From Azolla caroliniana (taxonomy: Eukaryota; Plantae; Polypodiophyta): a DNA stretch of 64,000 bases. Location of the stretch: positions 11,656,001-11,720,000 of the forward strand of contig JBHGNT010000001.1 of the NCBI GenBank assembly GCA_043228905.1, written 5' to 3'. Below the pieces are notes generated by a model, which was given only the letters and a program-made list of their open reading frames with translations, was not told where the DNA came from and did not search any database. Position numbers and translations under genes: made by a program. Every line of letters begins with the position of its first letter. Position 1 is the first letter of the stretch. Shown one piece after another: positions 35,864 to 48,900 of the stretch.

Positions 35864-38067
35864 TACCACAAGAGACATGACAACAATTATGTCAAGATTC
35901 AAACTCTTGACCTCTTGTATTATAGTCAAGTGTTATATAGTAACCACACATTCAAGTACATGGTTGTGCTATGTATATTTTCGTAGATTATCTATTCACA
36001 TTCTAGGAGTTTTTAGAAAGTTCTAGAACTAGAAGGTTCAAGAGGGTTCTAGAATATTCTCCAAAATATTATAATCCATGTACTTCAACTCACAGTATAA
36101 ATACTTGTAACCTCCTCGGTCCCTTTCAAGGGATTCAACACCAGTCATTGACACATCAATCTAGTATTCTCACTTCGCCTCATCTTTGTCTCCTTGACCT
36201 CTATTTTTGTCTTCATGCTCTCATGTCGCTCACAACATCTAGAGTTCCTAGCCTTGTCACATCTAGCTCCAAGTTCATCCGTCACTCGTAGCCCCATCAT
36301 ATGTGCTCCGTCCTTGTTTGCGCTTGGTGTGTCTGTGCCAATTCGAATCCCTTCCAACTGGAAGCATCACCCGTATTCGTCATCACCCTTGATTCTAGAG
36401 TTACCATCATCACCGTCCTTACTTCCAGAGTTACCGTCATCAACATCCTTGTCTTTGACATCATCATTTTCAGCACATCTTCGCCCAACCTTCATCGTCA
36501 TCAACATTACTTCACATGATCTTTCATTATCATCATTGTTCCGCTCTCCTCATTATCATTGTTATCATTTATAGGTATCATTTTGCATCATGATTTTGGT
36601 GAGGATTGCTTTCAATCGCTCACCTTCACAGTTTCGTTGGGGGTTACAACCGCTCACTCTCCTGGTGGGGATCAAATCATTGCTCACTTGCACTCCATTT
36701 TCATTTTAGTTAAGTTTCACACTACTTCCTGTTGGCGAGGACCGATTTTGATCGCTCACTTTCTCGTTTCAGTGGGGGTCACAATCGCTCACTTTCTTGG
36801 TGGGGATCGCTTTGGTTTCTCGCTAGCACTACCGTTTCTACCGTGTTTTGGGTCAACGTCGACTATTTACCCTCTCATAATAGAAGAAGTCAAGTTGACC
36901 GCTTCACGCACTCCTTCACCCATTTGTGTTCTAGTTCTCGATGAGGACCGCATGATCGCTCACATCGTTCGTGTTCCAGTTCCCGATGAGGACCGCATGG
37001 TCGCTCATGCCCGTTCGTGTTCCAGTTCCCAGTGAGGGCCGCATGGTCACTCACTCCCATTTGTGTTGTAGTTTTCGGTGAGGACCGCATGGTCGCTCAT
37101 GCCTATTCGTGTTCCAGTTCCCAGTGAGGGCCGCATGGTCACTCACTCCCATTTGTGTTCTAGATTTCGGTGAGGACCACATGGTCGCTCACTCCCTTTC
37201 GTGTTCCAGTTCTCGGTGAGGAACACATGGTCGCTCGCGCTCATTCATGTTTCCGATGAGGACCGCACATGGTCACTCATGTTCCGATTCCCAATGAGGG
37301 CCACACATGGTTGCTCACACCCGCTCGTGTTCAAGTTCTCAGTGAGAACCGCATGGTCGCTCACTCTCGTTCGTGTTTCTGTTTTCGGTGAGGACCACAT
37401 GGTCACTCACTATTGTTCGTGTTCCAGTTCCCTCACTCTCGTTCATGTTCCAGTTCCTGGTGAGGACCGCATGGTCACTCACGCCCTTTCATGTTCCTGA
37501 TGAGGACCACACATGGTTTCTCATGCCCACCACTTCTTGTTCACCCCTACACCATGCTTTCGAAAAGGCGCCCGTAAAGGGGAGGATAATGTCACAAGAG
37601 ACATGACAACAACTATGTCAAGGTTCAAACTCTTGAACTCTTGTATTATAGTCAAGTGTTATATTGTAACCAACACATTCAAGTACATGGTTGTGCTATG
37701 TATATCTTTGTAGATTATCTATTCACATTCTAGGAGTTTTTAGAAAGTTCTAGAACTAGAAGGTTCAAGAGGGTTCTAGAATATTCTCCAAAATATTCTA
37801 ATCCATGTACTTCAACTCACAGTATAAATACTTGTAACCTTCTTGGTCCCTTTCAAGGGATTCAACACCAGTCATTGACACATCAATCTAGTATTCTTGC
37901 TTCGCCTCATCTTTGTCTCCTTGACCTCTATTTTTGTCTTCATGCTCTCATGTCGCTCACAACATCTAGAGTTCCTAGCCTTGTCACATCTAGCTCCAAG
38001 TTCATCCGTCACTCGTAGCCCCATCATTTGTGCTCCGTCCTAGTCCACACTTGGTGTGTCCGTGACA
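35864..38067 (+). mobile_element. Complete non-autonomous chromovirus-type LTR element (2.2 kb, no gag/pol)
   Basis: LTRs 35864-36340 and 37590-38067 (~478 bp). TSD GGGAC (35859-35863, 38068-38072). PPT AAAGGGGAGGATAA. Non-coding interior with a tandem array. Confidence 0.93.
36940..37525 (+). repeat. Internal tandem array, ~40-46-bp unit (core GAGGACCGCATGGTCGCTCA), ~13 copies
   Basis: Cores at about 36943, 36988, 37034, 37080, 37126, 37172, 37217, 37257, 37296, 37344, 37390, 37462 and 37502. About 6 copies in the paralog at 13190-13440. Confidence 0.9.
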
Positions 38068-41000
38068 GGGACATGATTGTGGAAGAAGAGGCCGATTCGG
38101 CCAAGGATGATATAACCAAGAACAACCCCATTTAAACACAACTTCTACTACCAACAAGATGTCTCAAACACACGAGGAAGAGCGTCTGGAAGAAGGGGGG
38201 GGGGGCAATCATGCCGGTCATGCCGGACCAAGCCGACAAAACAACTACCAATGTGGATATTGTGGCAAATTCGGCCACTATAAGGCAAAGTGTCAAAAGA
38301 AGAAACGTGAGTCAGCTTTCACAAGCCGACAACTTACCAACTTTACCTCAAACTCCGACTACGATGCTCATGGCAGAATGTTTGTGATGCAGCATAGCGC
38401 AAAATCTATGACGGCCTCCAGCCCGACTAGTACGTCCAACACAGAAGATGTATGGTTTGTCGATTCGGGCACCTTGGACCACATGACGCCTCATCAAGAA
38501 TGGTTTCGAGACCTGAGAGAGCCCGAACGACCAATCTATGTGGAAATAGGGGATGGTACAATTCACCCCATTCAACATGTCGGCAATGTCCCATTCGGCG
38601 AAGAGGGCAACCAGACCTACATCAAGAATGTTTTGCATGTTCCAACAATAATGAAGAATCTAGTCTCGATTGGCCAGATCATGGAGAAAGGCATGCAAGT
38701 CCAGTTCAATCATGGAGGTTGCATCATTGAAAAGGAAGGTTGAATTATTGCTCGCAGACGAAGAGAAGGCCGGATGTTCATTCTCGATTATCACGAGATG
38801 GAGTCGACAATGTTTGCTAAGGGCCACAAAGCCGACACAGACATAGAGTCATAAAAGGATCGGCCACATCAATCTTCAGAAACTCAAAAGAATGCAGACG
38901 AAAGGAACTGTCACGATGGGCAATGGGCAACGATGATGTGATGGAGTGTGCTTGACATATACATACGTACATAGATAAGATACATATATCAACATAGTAT
39001 GAACCATACTTACCATACGTGCATTCGCATTTGAGAATGTTTCAATCATTTAAGTATGGTAAACACCCTCAAAGTATGGTAAATACCATACATTTGTATT
39101 CATTATTTAATATAAGGTTTTTTTTTTTACAAGGTAAGAAGGTTAAGGTAAACAGTGTAAAAAAAAAAAACATAAGAATGATTTTATAACATACGCATTC
39201 GTTTGCATTCATATGAAAAAGACTGTTTGCCAATGCATTCGAGTATATTACTTACTTACTATGCATATATGTATGTACTTAAGGGTTTGGAGTGGGGTAA
39301 GGAAGGGGGGGGGGGCATTTGTAGAAATAAAGAAAGTGCGAGGGCATTTCGGGAAATAGCCAAAACCGAATTGATTTGTTATGATTTTAGTTTTTTCTTG
39401 GGAGATCAATCATTCGATTTGATGTGTTCGCCAGCCTCAGTGTGAGTGTGCGTGTGCGCGCGTAGAAAGAAAAAGAAAGAGAGAAAGAGAATAACGGAAG
39501 CGGAAGTCTTGCCTGCTGCTGCTCTTCTTCCTCTTCCTCCTCCTCCTCCTCCTGCTGCTGCGCGGAAGCTCAGAAAGAAAAAGAAAAAGAAAAACCAGGG
39601 GACGCAGTGTCATTAGGGTTACTTCTTTCATCGCAGGGATCAGGAGTTTCTCAATTCATCGACGAAGTCATCAGCGTTACTCACTTCTTTTCTTTCTTTC
39701 TTTCTTCGTCTTCATCTGCAACTCCGTCTTCGTCATCGCCGTCCTCATCTTCTCCTTCTTCCTCTTCAGGTTAGCTTTCCATGGTTCCTTTGTCTCGTTA
39801 GTTCCCCCATTCTGTTTGCTGTGCTGGAAAAATAATACGCAGAAGTTTGTAGTTTTTACTTCGATCTGCTATTTCAGTTAAGCTTTCCAAGGCTCCCTTT
39901 TTTTTGTCTCTTTTTTTCTCATAATTCTCGTTCTTTACTGTGTAAGGAGAATGCACACTTGAGGGAAGCACAGGTAATCTGATTTGATTGATTCATTCTC
40001 TCTTTCCGTGTTTGTCTTTGTTTCCTGAGTGATTTGTGCTTCAGGTAAGATTTCCACGGTTTATTTTCCTCCCTAATTCTCCGTCATTACTAGGTGGGAG
40101 CAAATACGCCAATAGAGGATCACAGATCGTATGTTTTCATTTCATTTATTTTATCGTCTATTCTTATATGTACCTCTCACAGTTCAGTATCATCATCGTC
40201 GTCATCGTTATCATCTTCTTCTTTAGGAAATCCTTCTGCGATTCTTTTGTTTCTTAACTCTCTTGCATTGCTAATTTAGAAAAGAGAGGGAAACACACAT
40301 CACGCATTTTAATTCTGCTTCAGGTAATTCCCCCTCTTCATGCTTCACGGTCTTCCTTAAATTTCCCCTCACTATATATAGAAAGAAATGCACTAGAAAG
40401 AGAAGCACATATCATCTGCTTTCTATTTCATGCTCTCTCTTTCTACGTTTTGCTTTGGTCACTGAATGATGTAGTCATCTTATTAGTCTGCTCCATCCAA
40501 ACTTTCCATGGTTGCTTTTCTTCATTAGTTCTCCTTTGGCTCTCTTGGAAAATAATATGCAGAAAGAGAAGCACATATCATATGCTTCCATTCCATCATT
40601 TTTTTTTCTCTTTGTGTGGTTTTCGTTTATTCCTGAGTTATACCATTTTGTACAGGATGAAGTATCAGAGGCGGCCGCTAGTTTCTCCCTCAGATAGTCC
40701 AGATCGATTCTTTGTATTCATTATTTCTCTTTTTTTTGTGTTTTTCTTTTAATTCTTGAAGAATGCGACTTTTAATGAAAGATCAATCAAGATGATATGG
40801 AAAAATCAACATTTGTTGTTTCCACAGACAGTCTGTACGTAACAAAGATATATTGTTTTTTCCATCGTTGCGGTCTTTTTCTTGTGCATTTCTTTCGTCC
40901 AGAGTGATCATCATTTAGGTCAAGAATAAACGGATGTTCAGGCTATTTGTTTCGTCCGCACATAGAGTGTACTGATTTCATTGTTTTCCTTTCTACGTTC

Positions 41001-42904
41001 TTCTGGATCTAAGTGATTGTGCATTTATGGTTTACAAGAAAAAGGGAAAATCAGGCTTCCCACATCTTTGTCAGACGCTCTATACTTTGGCAAACTTATT
41101 TTGATTATTTCTTTCATTTTTTCTGTGCTTTGCTGTGCTTTGCTGTGGTTCCTGAGTGATTGTGCATTTAAACCAAGAAGACCTAAAACAGAAGAATAGA
41201 TCGGTGCTGAGCTTTCCATGCTTTCGTATATTCCTTATTTCTCCTCCTTTACTGTGTTGAAATATGCAGAGAAGCACACATAATCTGTTTCATTTATTCA
41301 TTCTCTCATTCTGTGCATTTCTTTGTCTTCTGAGTAAAGAGTTATTCTCTAAATCAGCTAACCTAAATAAATGTTTTTTCATAATTTCTGTCTCTCTTTT
41401 TGCGTATTACTTTGCTTCCTGCTTGCTTGTGCATGTAGCCCAAGAGGAAATCAAACTACACTAGTCTGTTCTTCAGCAGCCATGGATAGTATATACCCTT
41501 TTGTTCATTGCTTCTTCTGTGCTTTTCTTTGGTATCTGGATAAAAAGAACCAGATAATTCAGGCTGTCGATTTCTCCCTGTGATGTTCTCTATTTCAGTG
41601 TTTTTTTTTGGTTCCTGAATAATATGCTTTCCCGTCAAAGAAGTAATGGAAAATTGAGATTGTTCATTTTATTCTCAGATGTTCTCCACTTCGGCAAGCA
41701 AAACACATCAATTTCAAATACAACTCTCACTTGCATGATTAAGGAGAACTTATCACTTGTTACATGATGCCTTGTAGTTGCAAGAGGTCACTATACCTGT
41801 TCAGGCTTGGGAGGAAAAAGCATATTTTCTAAAAGGTAATGAACATATATCTCAATGTTCAATTCAAGGGTATACAACATCTCATAATGTAGATGCCTTC
41901 ATATTTGAAGGTGCTTCTGTTTATAAAATCTCATAATATGAAGGTTTTTGTACACATATTTCAAAATTCGAACATAGTTTCCGTTTGATGAAGTTCAAAT
42001 CACTCTTAAGTCAGGATTTTTTTGAACATTGCTGTCCAACAGGTAGAAGAACTGTTAAAATTAATATAAGATTTTGTGTCCAAGCTAGGAGAAAGGAATT
42101 CATACTGTAAATTTGTGAATATTAGACATGGCCCAACCCTCTGTTGCTTGATACAGCTTTGCTCGTTTAAATGGATCTTTATTCTTTGTACAAATATGTA
42201 GTATGTCTATGATGCTGGGCACCATGAGTCCAATATATACTTCTGGGGAGGCCACACTCCCTCCCAGAAGATCCATGGATTTGTGGATGCCTAATATGTA
42301 TTTTTGATTCCTCTATCCAGTAGTATTCCTCATCGATAAGATGATTTAGCAGGGTCTATATAGAAATTGTGAACTGGTATCATGTTACTTGGGAACTGAT
42401 TTAATTCTTTTTTTTGTGAACTGCTGGAGCATACTTTCAAGGTACACTAGATACGGTATTATTCACAGATACAGTGGTATAGTGTCGGAACGAGATGGTA
42501 TAGTTTGGGATTGAGACTGTAATTTGAGTATATGAACCTATTTTCTAGTCTTCATATATTGCTCAAGTTAGGAAATGACAATGACCTGTATGTTGGCTGA
42601 GCGTTTCGTTTCTTCTCGACATCCATCAATGGCATTATAATTCTTCTCCTTGGCTGCTTGCGTGCTCTACCATCTTGATCATGTAGTGAATACCTTTTTT
42701 GTTATTCTCATTGTGCCACCTATGGGGTTTTTGCATCCTTAATAGAGTAAGATGATAGTTTTTGGTCATTTGAAAAAAGAGTCATCTACCGCATAAGCTG
42801 TCTTGTTGCTACCTGAAACCTAGTCGGAACAAATGTTTTTATTTACTTGTGAAAGTTTCCAATACTTTGCAGGTAGATATAGCGTCTGAAGGTTAGTATA
42901 ACGC

Positions 42905-45900
42905 ATGGCACACAGTTCTGGGTGCTTTGACAGTACCCCATGTCAATGGTCTTCACCACCAAAGCCATCAGTCTCTGGAATTAGTAAAACAGTTGGTTTT
43001 AGTAATCCACTTGCAACAAGTGTGATTGATGAACCAGAACATCCAGGAAGCTCCAGTGGTCCACAGATGTCCAACAGAGTTCTATCAACCAATTATAGAG
43101 ATTCAAGTCCTGTATCTGCTAACCATCATCCTCTCCTTCGAGTTGGAAGCCGCTCCAAACTTGAAGCTTTGATTACACCTCCGGCTGCAGATGCTGCAAC
43201 ACTGCGCAGGAGTGTGGAATCCCTACAGCTAGATCTCGAAGCACACATCGAAAGTGAACACCGATTACAAGGCATTAACCAGGAACTCCGAGACAGGTGC
43301 ATTTATATATTACCATATTAATTCAAACCAATTGACGATAATTTTCGTCTCAAATTCTTGTTAAGTTTTCAAAAATTATATGCTATTCAGCTTATGTTTA
43401 TGTTTGTTGTAAAGGCAGACTTGAAACATATATGAAACAGAACCATGAAAATGTTGAGCGCGCAGAAGCTGAGTTCAACACACTCCATGAAGACATGGAA
43501 AAAACACTGGAATTGCAACGCCGTTTGGCCGAAAGGTACATCCATAAGGTGTAATTGACCTTTGAAAACTAAAGTTGAAAGAGAGAAAGTAATATGCACA
43601 TTATAATTCAAATCTTGACATCTAGAATTCTATGACGTGGCTGCTGCACACTTGCAAATCTTTATAGAAAGACTATATTCTGATAAATAAATCATGATGC
43701 TAGAGTGAGCTCTTGATCTCTTATGATAACTAACTCAGATCAGCATCACTTGAGACGGAGAAAAAGCAACTAGATCAAGCTTTGAAAACAAAAATGCAAG
43801 AATTTGAAGAGGAAAGATCACTGCTACAAGCGCAAATTGCAAAAATGTCAGAAGATCTTCAAGTGCGGATAAATGCACAAGTGAAAGTTAAGGCTATCCA
43901 GGTGCACTTATTTCTGAAAATGTACTAGTAGATGAAAGTATATTATGATATTTTCGAGATGTTACCATGGGTGTAGTGTGGGCATTTTATAGGTTGCTCC
44001 TTCTGTATAATTAAATCCTGTTGTGATCCTGATATGACACAATCATAGATTGACACATGCGTGATATTCGTCATATTCTCCATGCGCAATATTCTCCATA
44101 TTCGAGAATACAAAATGGCCCCAAGAATATTAAAAAACCATTCGTTTTGTAAAATAAATATAAAAAAATTATATATTTATTTAAATAAATGTATTTCACC
44201 AAAAAAAACAATTATTTATTAATAGATTATAGTGTCAAGAGAGTTTATGAAACTTATTTTAATTAATTAATTAATTGTTTAAAAACGAATATTTTAAAAT
44301 TTATTATACAAATATGATTACTAATTAATATGAACTTTGAAGATATGATTAGTTTGAAGTACTATTTTTAATTTTAAGATAAAAATATCCATAAATTTTG
44401 AGGAAATAAAAAGTGAGAAATTAATGAGCCTTTATTTTATTTTATTTATTTATTAAAAATAAAACGAATACTTATAAGTTATACATTTATTATAAAAATT
44501 TAGAATTGTCAAGTCCCCAAAGTTCCTCTTTTATTATCCCTATTTATTGTTAAGTTCCTTTCTTTTTATCCTAGGAATTTTTTTAATTTTTTAATTTTTT
44601 TTTTTTTGGGAGGGGGGTTTAAACGAATACTTGACTACCCATTCGTATTCGTATTCGTTTGCATTCGAATGGGAAACCCGACGAATGCGAATATGTCAAT
44701 CTATGGACACAATATGTCCTCTAGCCTGCAGAACATAGATGCATCATAACATCAGCCAGTAATTTCTGCTTTTTATGGTGGAAGGGAAGTAGATAAGCTA
44801 CTTTGTTTAGGTTCTATAGTCATCTAAATGTGAGATATAATGCACTTAGCCAATGGTCATAAGTGAATAAAATTACATAACCCAAAGATGCGATGCTGTG
44901 TATCTCTTTTGGGTGACGTTAATGAAAAATCTTTGTGACTACCATTTTGACAAAACTGTTATAACCAGTACCTGAATAACCTAAAGTTGATGATAATAGT
45001 ATTAAGTCTATGCATGTTGATGTGTAGGCAGAACTTGAAGCTACTCTAGCTGCAAAGAAGAAGCTTGATTATGAGCTCCAGGATAGTATGGGTAAAGCTG
45101 AGTTCCTTAGATGCAGAGTGGAGAATTTGAATTCTGATCTTTCCAAATTTATAGCAAAGGTAATAAACAACTTCTCTGTATTTCAAGAAATAACTGAATA
45201 AGCAAGTTTGTTGTTGAAGCCTAGAGTCTGGCAGCTGGAAATGAGCTTGTTTATTGAATTTTATTTTTTGACCTGAACTGAAGCTTCGGCATTTTATAAC
45301 ATGGGCATGAATGTCATAGTGTAACACATAATGTTTTGATGTTACTTCAATATGGAGATGTTGTAGTATTTGCACATGTTAAATGAATCCCCTTTCTTGT
45401 TTGTTCCTTGATTTAACTTTGCTTATTGTCACCACCTGGAATGTTAAATATTCCTGCATCTCCAAAGAAAGGAAATGTGCTAGATTAAAAACAAAGGACA
45501 CTCAAGTTGACTTGTTACTACTTGAAGCAGCATATCTTTAATGATGCCATGGTTTAGTACAATTGAACCCTGGAAGGTGTAATTTCGCTTCCACATATTA
45601 GGACTGGGCTATCAATATGTGAACATCAAGGAATATTCATGCACTTAGAATAATAACCCTTGGTGTTGGCCTACTTTTGATATGGTTGCTCCAGGTATTA
45701 TTTTTAGTATGCAGCATGTGAATCCTAGAAGTATGGCATAAAGGGAAATGTCGTTGAACAGACTGGGCATGATACTTTCCGCTTCTGGAAACATTGATGT
45801 TTTCAAGGCTTATCTGTTCATGCTGTTAAAAAATACCATATTCCACTTTATAATGAGAAACAGGCTAGCATTTTGGGTCAGAAGGGTATCTGTCGACTTT

Positions 45901-48900
45901 CCTTTTGGGTTTCTTCTAAGTTAGTGAAACTGAAACAGGAGAAGAAGGATCAAATTCTGGAACGAACTCATAGGAAATGTCTATTGAGAAGATGTTATCA
46001 CGCTCTTATAGAAGCTGTTAGGGAACAACAAATCTTGGATGCGAAAAGGAACTCAGCCATTTCCTTTGCAAAATCAAATTGTTGCAGACGTGGATTGTAT
46101 TTCTTGCAAACTGCTGCATGTCGTTCAAAACAGATACGCCTAGGATACAATCGATATGCTCAGGTAATACATTTTTAGTCATTTGAAGGTAGTTTTAATG
46201 TGTTGTTCTGTTTTCGGTTCTAAGTTGCGTCCTTCAGGAATTCTTGATGTAAGAAAATTGCTATTCTATGTAGGCATGCTTGGAAAATTGTTTCCGCGCT
46301 TGGAGATTGTACTACATTTCTAGCAAGAAATATAAGCAAGCCATACTAAAAAGACAGAAGACTTGTATCTATCAAATGTTTTCTAACTGGTGGGAGACTC
46401 TACAGGCAAGCAAAATGACTGAGGGGGAAGAGAATCGTCTGACATTAAAATCAAGGAACTTCCGGTCAATGGCTCTTAAGAGATGCATGTGGAAGCATTG
46501 GACAGGATGGATTCAGCATTGGGTAAAGCCTTCGCGAAAGAAACTCAAATATGCTAAGGTTTATCTAGAAAATCTGTTATTTAGGCAGGTCTTGTCCTCC
46601 TGGAAATTCTTTGTTCGTCTAAGGGAAATGAAACAGCTCAGGATGGTTCAAGCATATACTCATGAAAGGATATGGTGTCAAAAGCGGGCTTTTTGCAGGT
46701 TATGATTTTAGAGTGAAAGTGTATTAATACAATGACTCTCTCTAAATGAGATACTTAAATTGATTTGGTTTATTATAGGTGGAGAAAATTTGTGATGTGT
46801 AAATTGTCAGAAAGTCTAATGGATCTCAACAGTTTGCAATTTCGAAAATCACAAATGTACATCAAGTCTTTCAAAGGCTGGTCATGGTATGTTCAACACA
46901 GACGCCAGAGGCAGACATCAAAAGTTTTGGCATTCAGCCATTATCTCAATGTTTTGCAAGCCAAGGTAATAAATGTTTTGTATTCTTTTTAATGAAATAG
47001 TTCACATCATGAAATTGAAGTCAATAATGTGGTCATACTAGAAAACTTGTAAAGTCATCATCTTATTCTTTGTTAACTTTTAAGACCTCTTCAGTGAAAC
47101 TGTCTATTTCGTTTTTATTAGGGCATTGAATCGTGGAAAACTTGTGTGAAACAACAAGAAGCAGAAGCCAGGGCCTTGCAAGAAGTAAACCGTGCCTTGA
47201 TAAAGGCAGCAATGCTCCTTTGGCAGGATTTCCGCTCTCTAGTTTCTATGAAGTATAATCCAAAACTCCAAATAGTGTCAACAATTTAAATTATAAAATA
47301 ACAAGCCATATAGAACTTTGATTGTACATACAATTTTCCTAATACATTAAAATATTATGTTTTACATTTTCTAATTTTCTTCAGCCATACAGTATTTTTT
47401 AGGGATTTTCTACTCCCATTGAGATTTCCCATCACTCTCAAATGATTCGTGATGATGACAGCCATTGCTCTTTGTCATGGACATCTGTCATACCAACTGG
47501 GACCAAGAATCTGATGTGCATATCTTTATAAGATCAAAGCCATCATTACATGACATCAGATATTCCCTGTTTGCTCCATTGACCTATTTATGTTGGAGTA
47601 CTTTATGATGGATATATTCAGAAGCAGCTATTTCAGTTTCCTTATTGGATTTCATGACATCTTGTTTTACAAAACTAACATGGAAATAAAGTTTTCTTCT
47701 ACATTAGAATATTATGTTTTATATTTTCTAATTTTCTTCAGCCATATAGTAATTTTTATGGATTTTCTCCTCCCATTGAGGTTTACCATCACTCTCAAAC
47801 GATTCGTGATGATGACAGCCATTGCTCTTTGTCATGGACATCTGTCACACCAATTGAGACCAAGAATCTGATGTGCGTATCTTCATAAGATCAAAGCCAT
47901 CATTGCATGGCATCAGGGATTCCCTGTTTGCTTCATTGACCTATTTATGTTGGAATACTTTATGATGGATATATTCAGAAGCAGCTATTTCAGTTCCTTA
48001 TTGGATTTCATGACTTCTTGTTTGACAAAGCCAACATGGAAATAAAATTTCCTTCTGTTCCTTACATTGACATGTGTGTGGGAAGTGTGTGCATGAGCTT
48101 CACGTGCTTTTCATAACATGATTTCAACTCTTCTAGATCTTGTTTAATGTTTCGATCATACCTTAGTGGCATAGTCATCATCATCCATATACCAGGCCTC
48201 CAACCATCATCGCTTTTGTGTATTTTCCCATCTTCATTTTTCCTCATCAATCACGGAACTCAGGCTGGAACACAAGTGGTCATGCTCATCAGGTGAGCAG
48301 CTAATGACTGCTGAGAGGGAAGTCATATCCATGGACTCAGCTCTACAGGATGCCCAACTGCAGGCAGAGAGGCTGGAACTACAACTCCATTGCAGTCTTT
48401 TGGGATGGTGCAATGCCACTTTCTGTACCCAGGACTCACATTGCATCCACATCTCTACCATAGTACTACTTTTTCCTCAAGTAATCTTCTTCTGAATCAG
48501 TGGTGGTGATCACCATTAGATCCATGGTGCAATCTGTTTGATCTGCCACGTGGTCTATCAATCCAGCTTTATGAATCCCTTTGATACACTGTTGTTGTTG
48601 AATTGGAATTCTTCAAGCTTCTCCTTACGGCGGGTATTAGTGTTAAATCCTATTCTGACTCATCTTCCCTTCCATTGAGTTAATTTATTTGTTGGGGATG
48701 ATTTTTTACTCAGCTAGCTTATGATTGTCCCAGGTAAAGAGTAAGAGTTGCATTCTACTCTCTAGAAATTCTACTGTATCAAAACCTATTCTTCCCAGAA
48801 CAATCATTCAAACTGAATAGTTTGAGAGAGGCTTTACCGTTTAGTATCGTCCCTCTTTCTATTACAGGAATCTATCTGTATATGTATCTATATCTAGATA

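Larger units (their letters stand above)
34731..38908 (+). mobile_element. Decayed 3'-truncated Copia (5' LTR 34731-35082, iMet PBS, gag, CCHC, protease) split by a nested element
   Basis: LTR ends CTTTACA followed by TGGTATCAAAGC (35083-35094). NNFIYWKYKM, CGYCGKFGHYKAKC, VWFVDSGT, NVLHVP..KNLVSIGQ. Same family as 9158-10474. Confidence 0.88.

Noticed and set aside
36940-37525. CRISPR-like look of the regularly spaced hairpin repeats (also 13190-13440 and 29911-30590)
   Set aside because: The spacers are homologous to each other rather than unique, there are no cas genes, and the context is a eukaryotic TE or intron.
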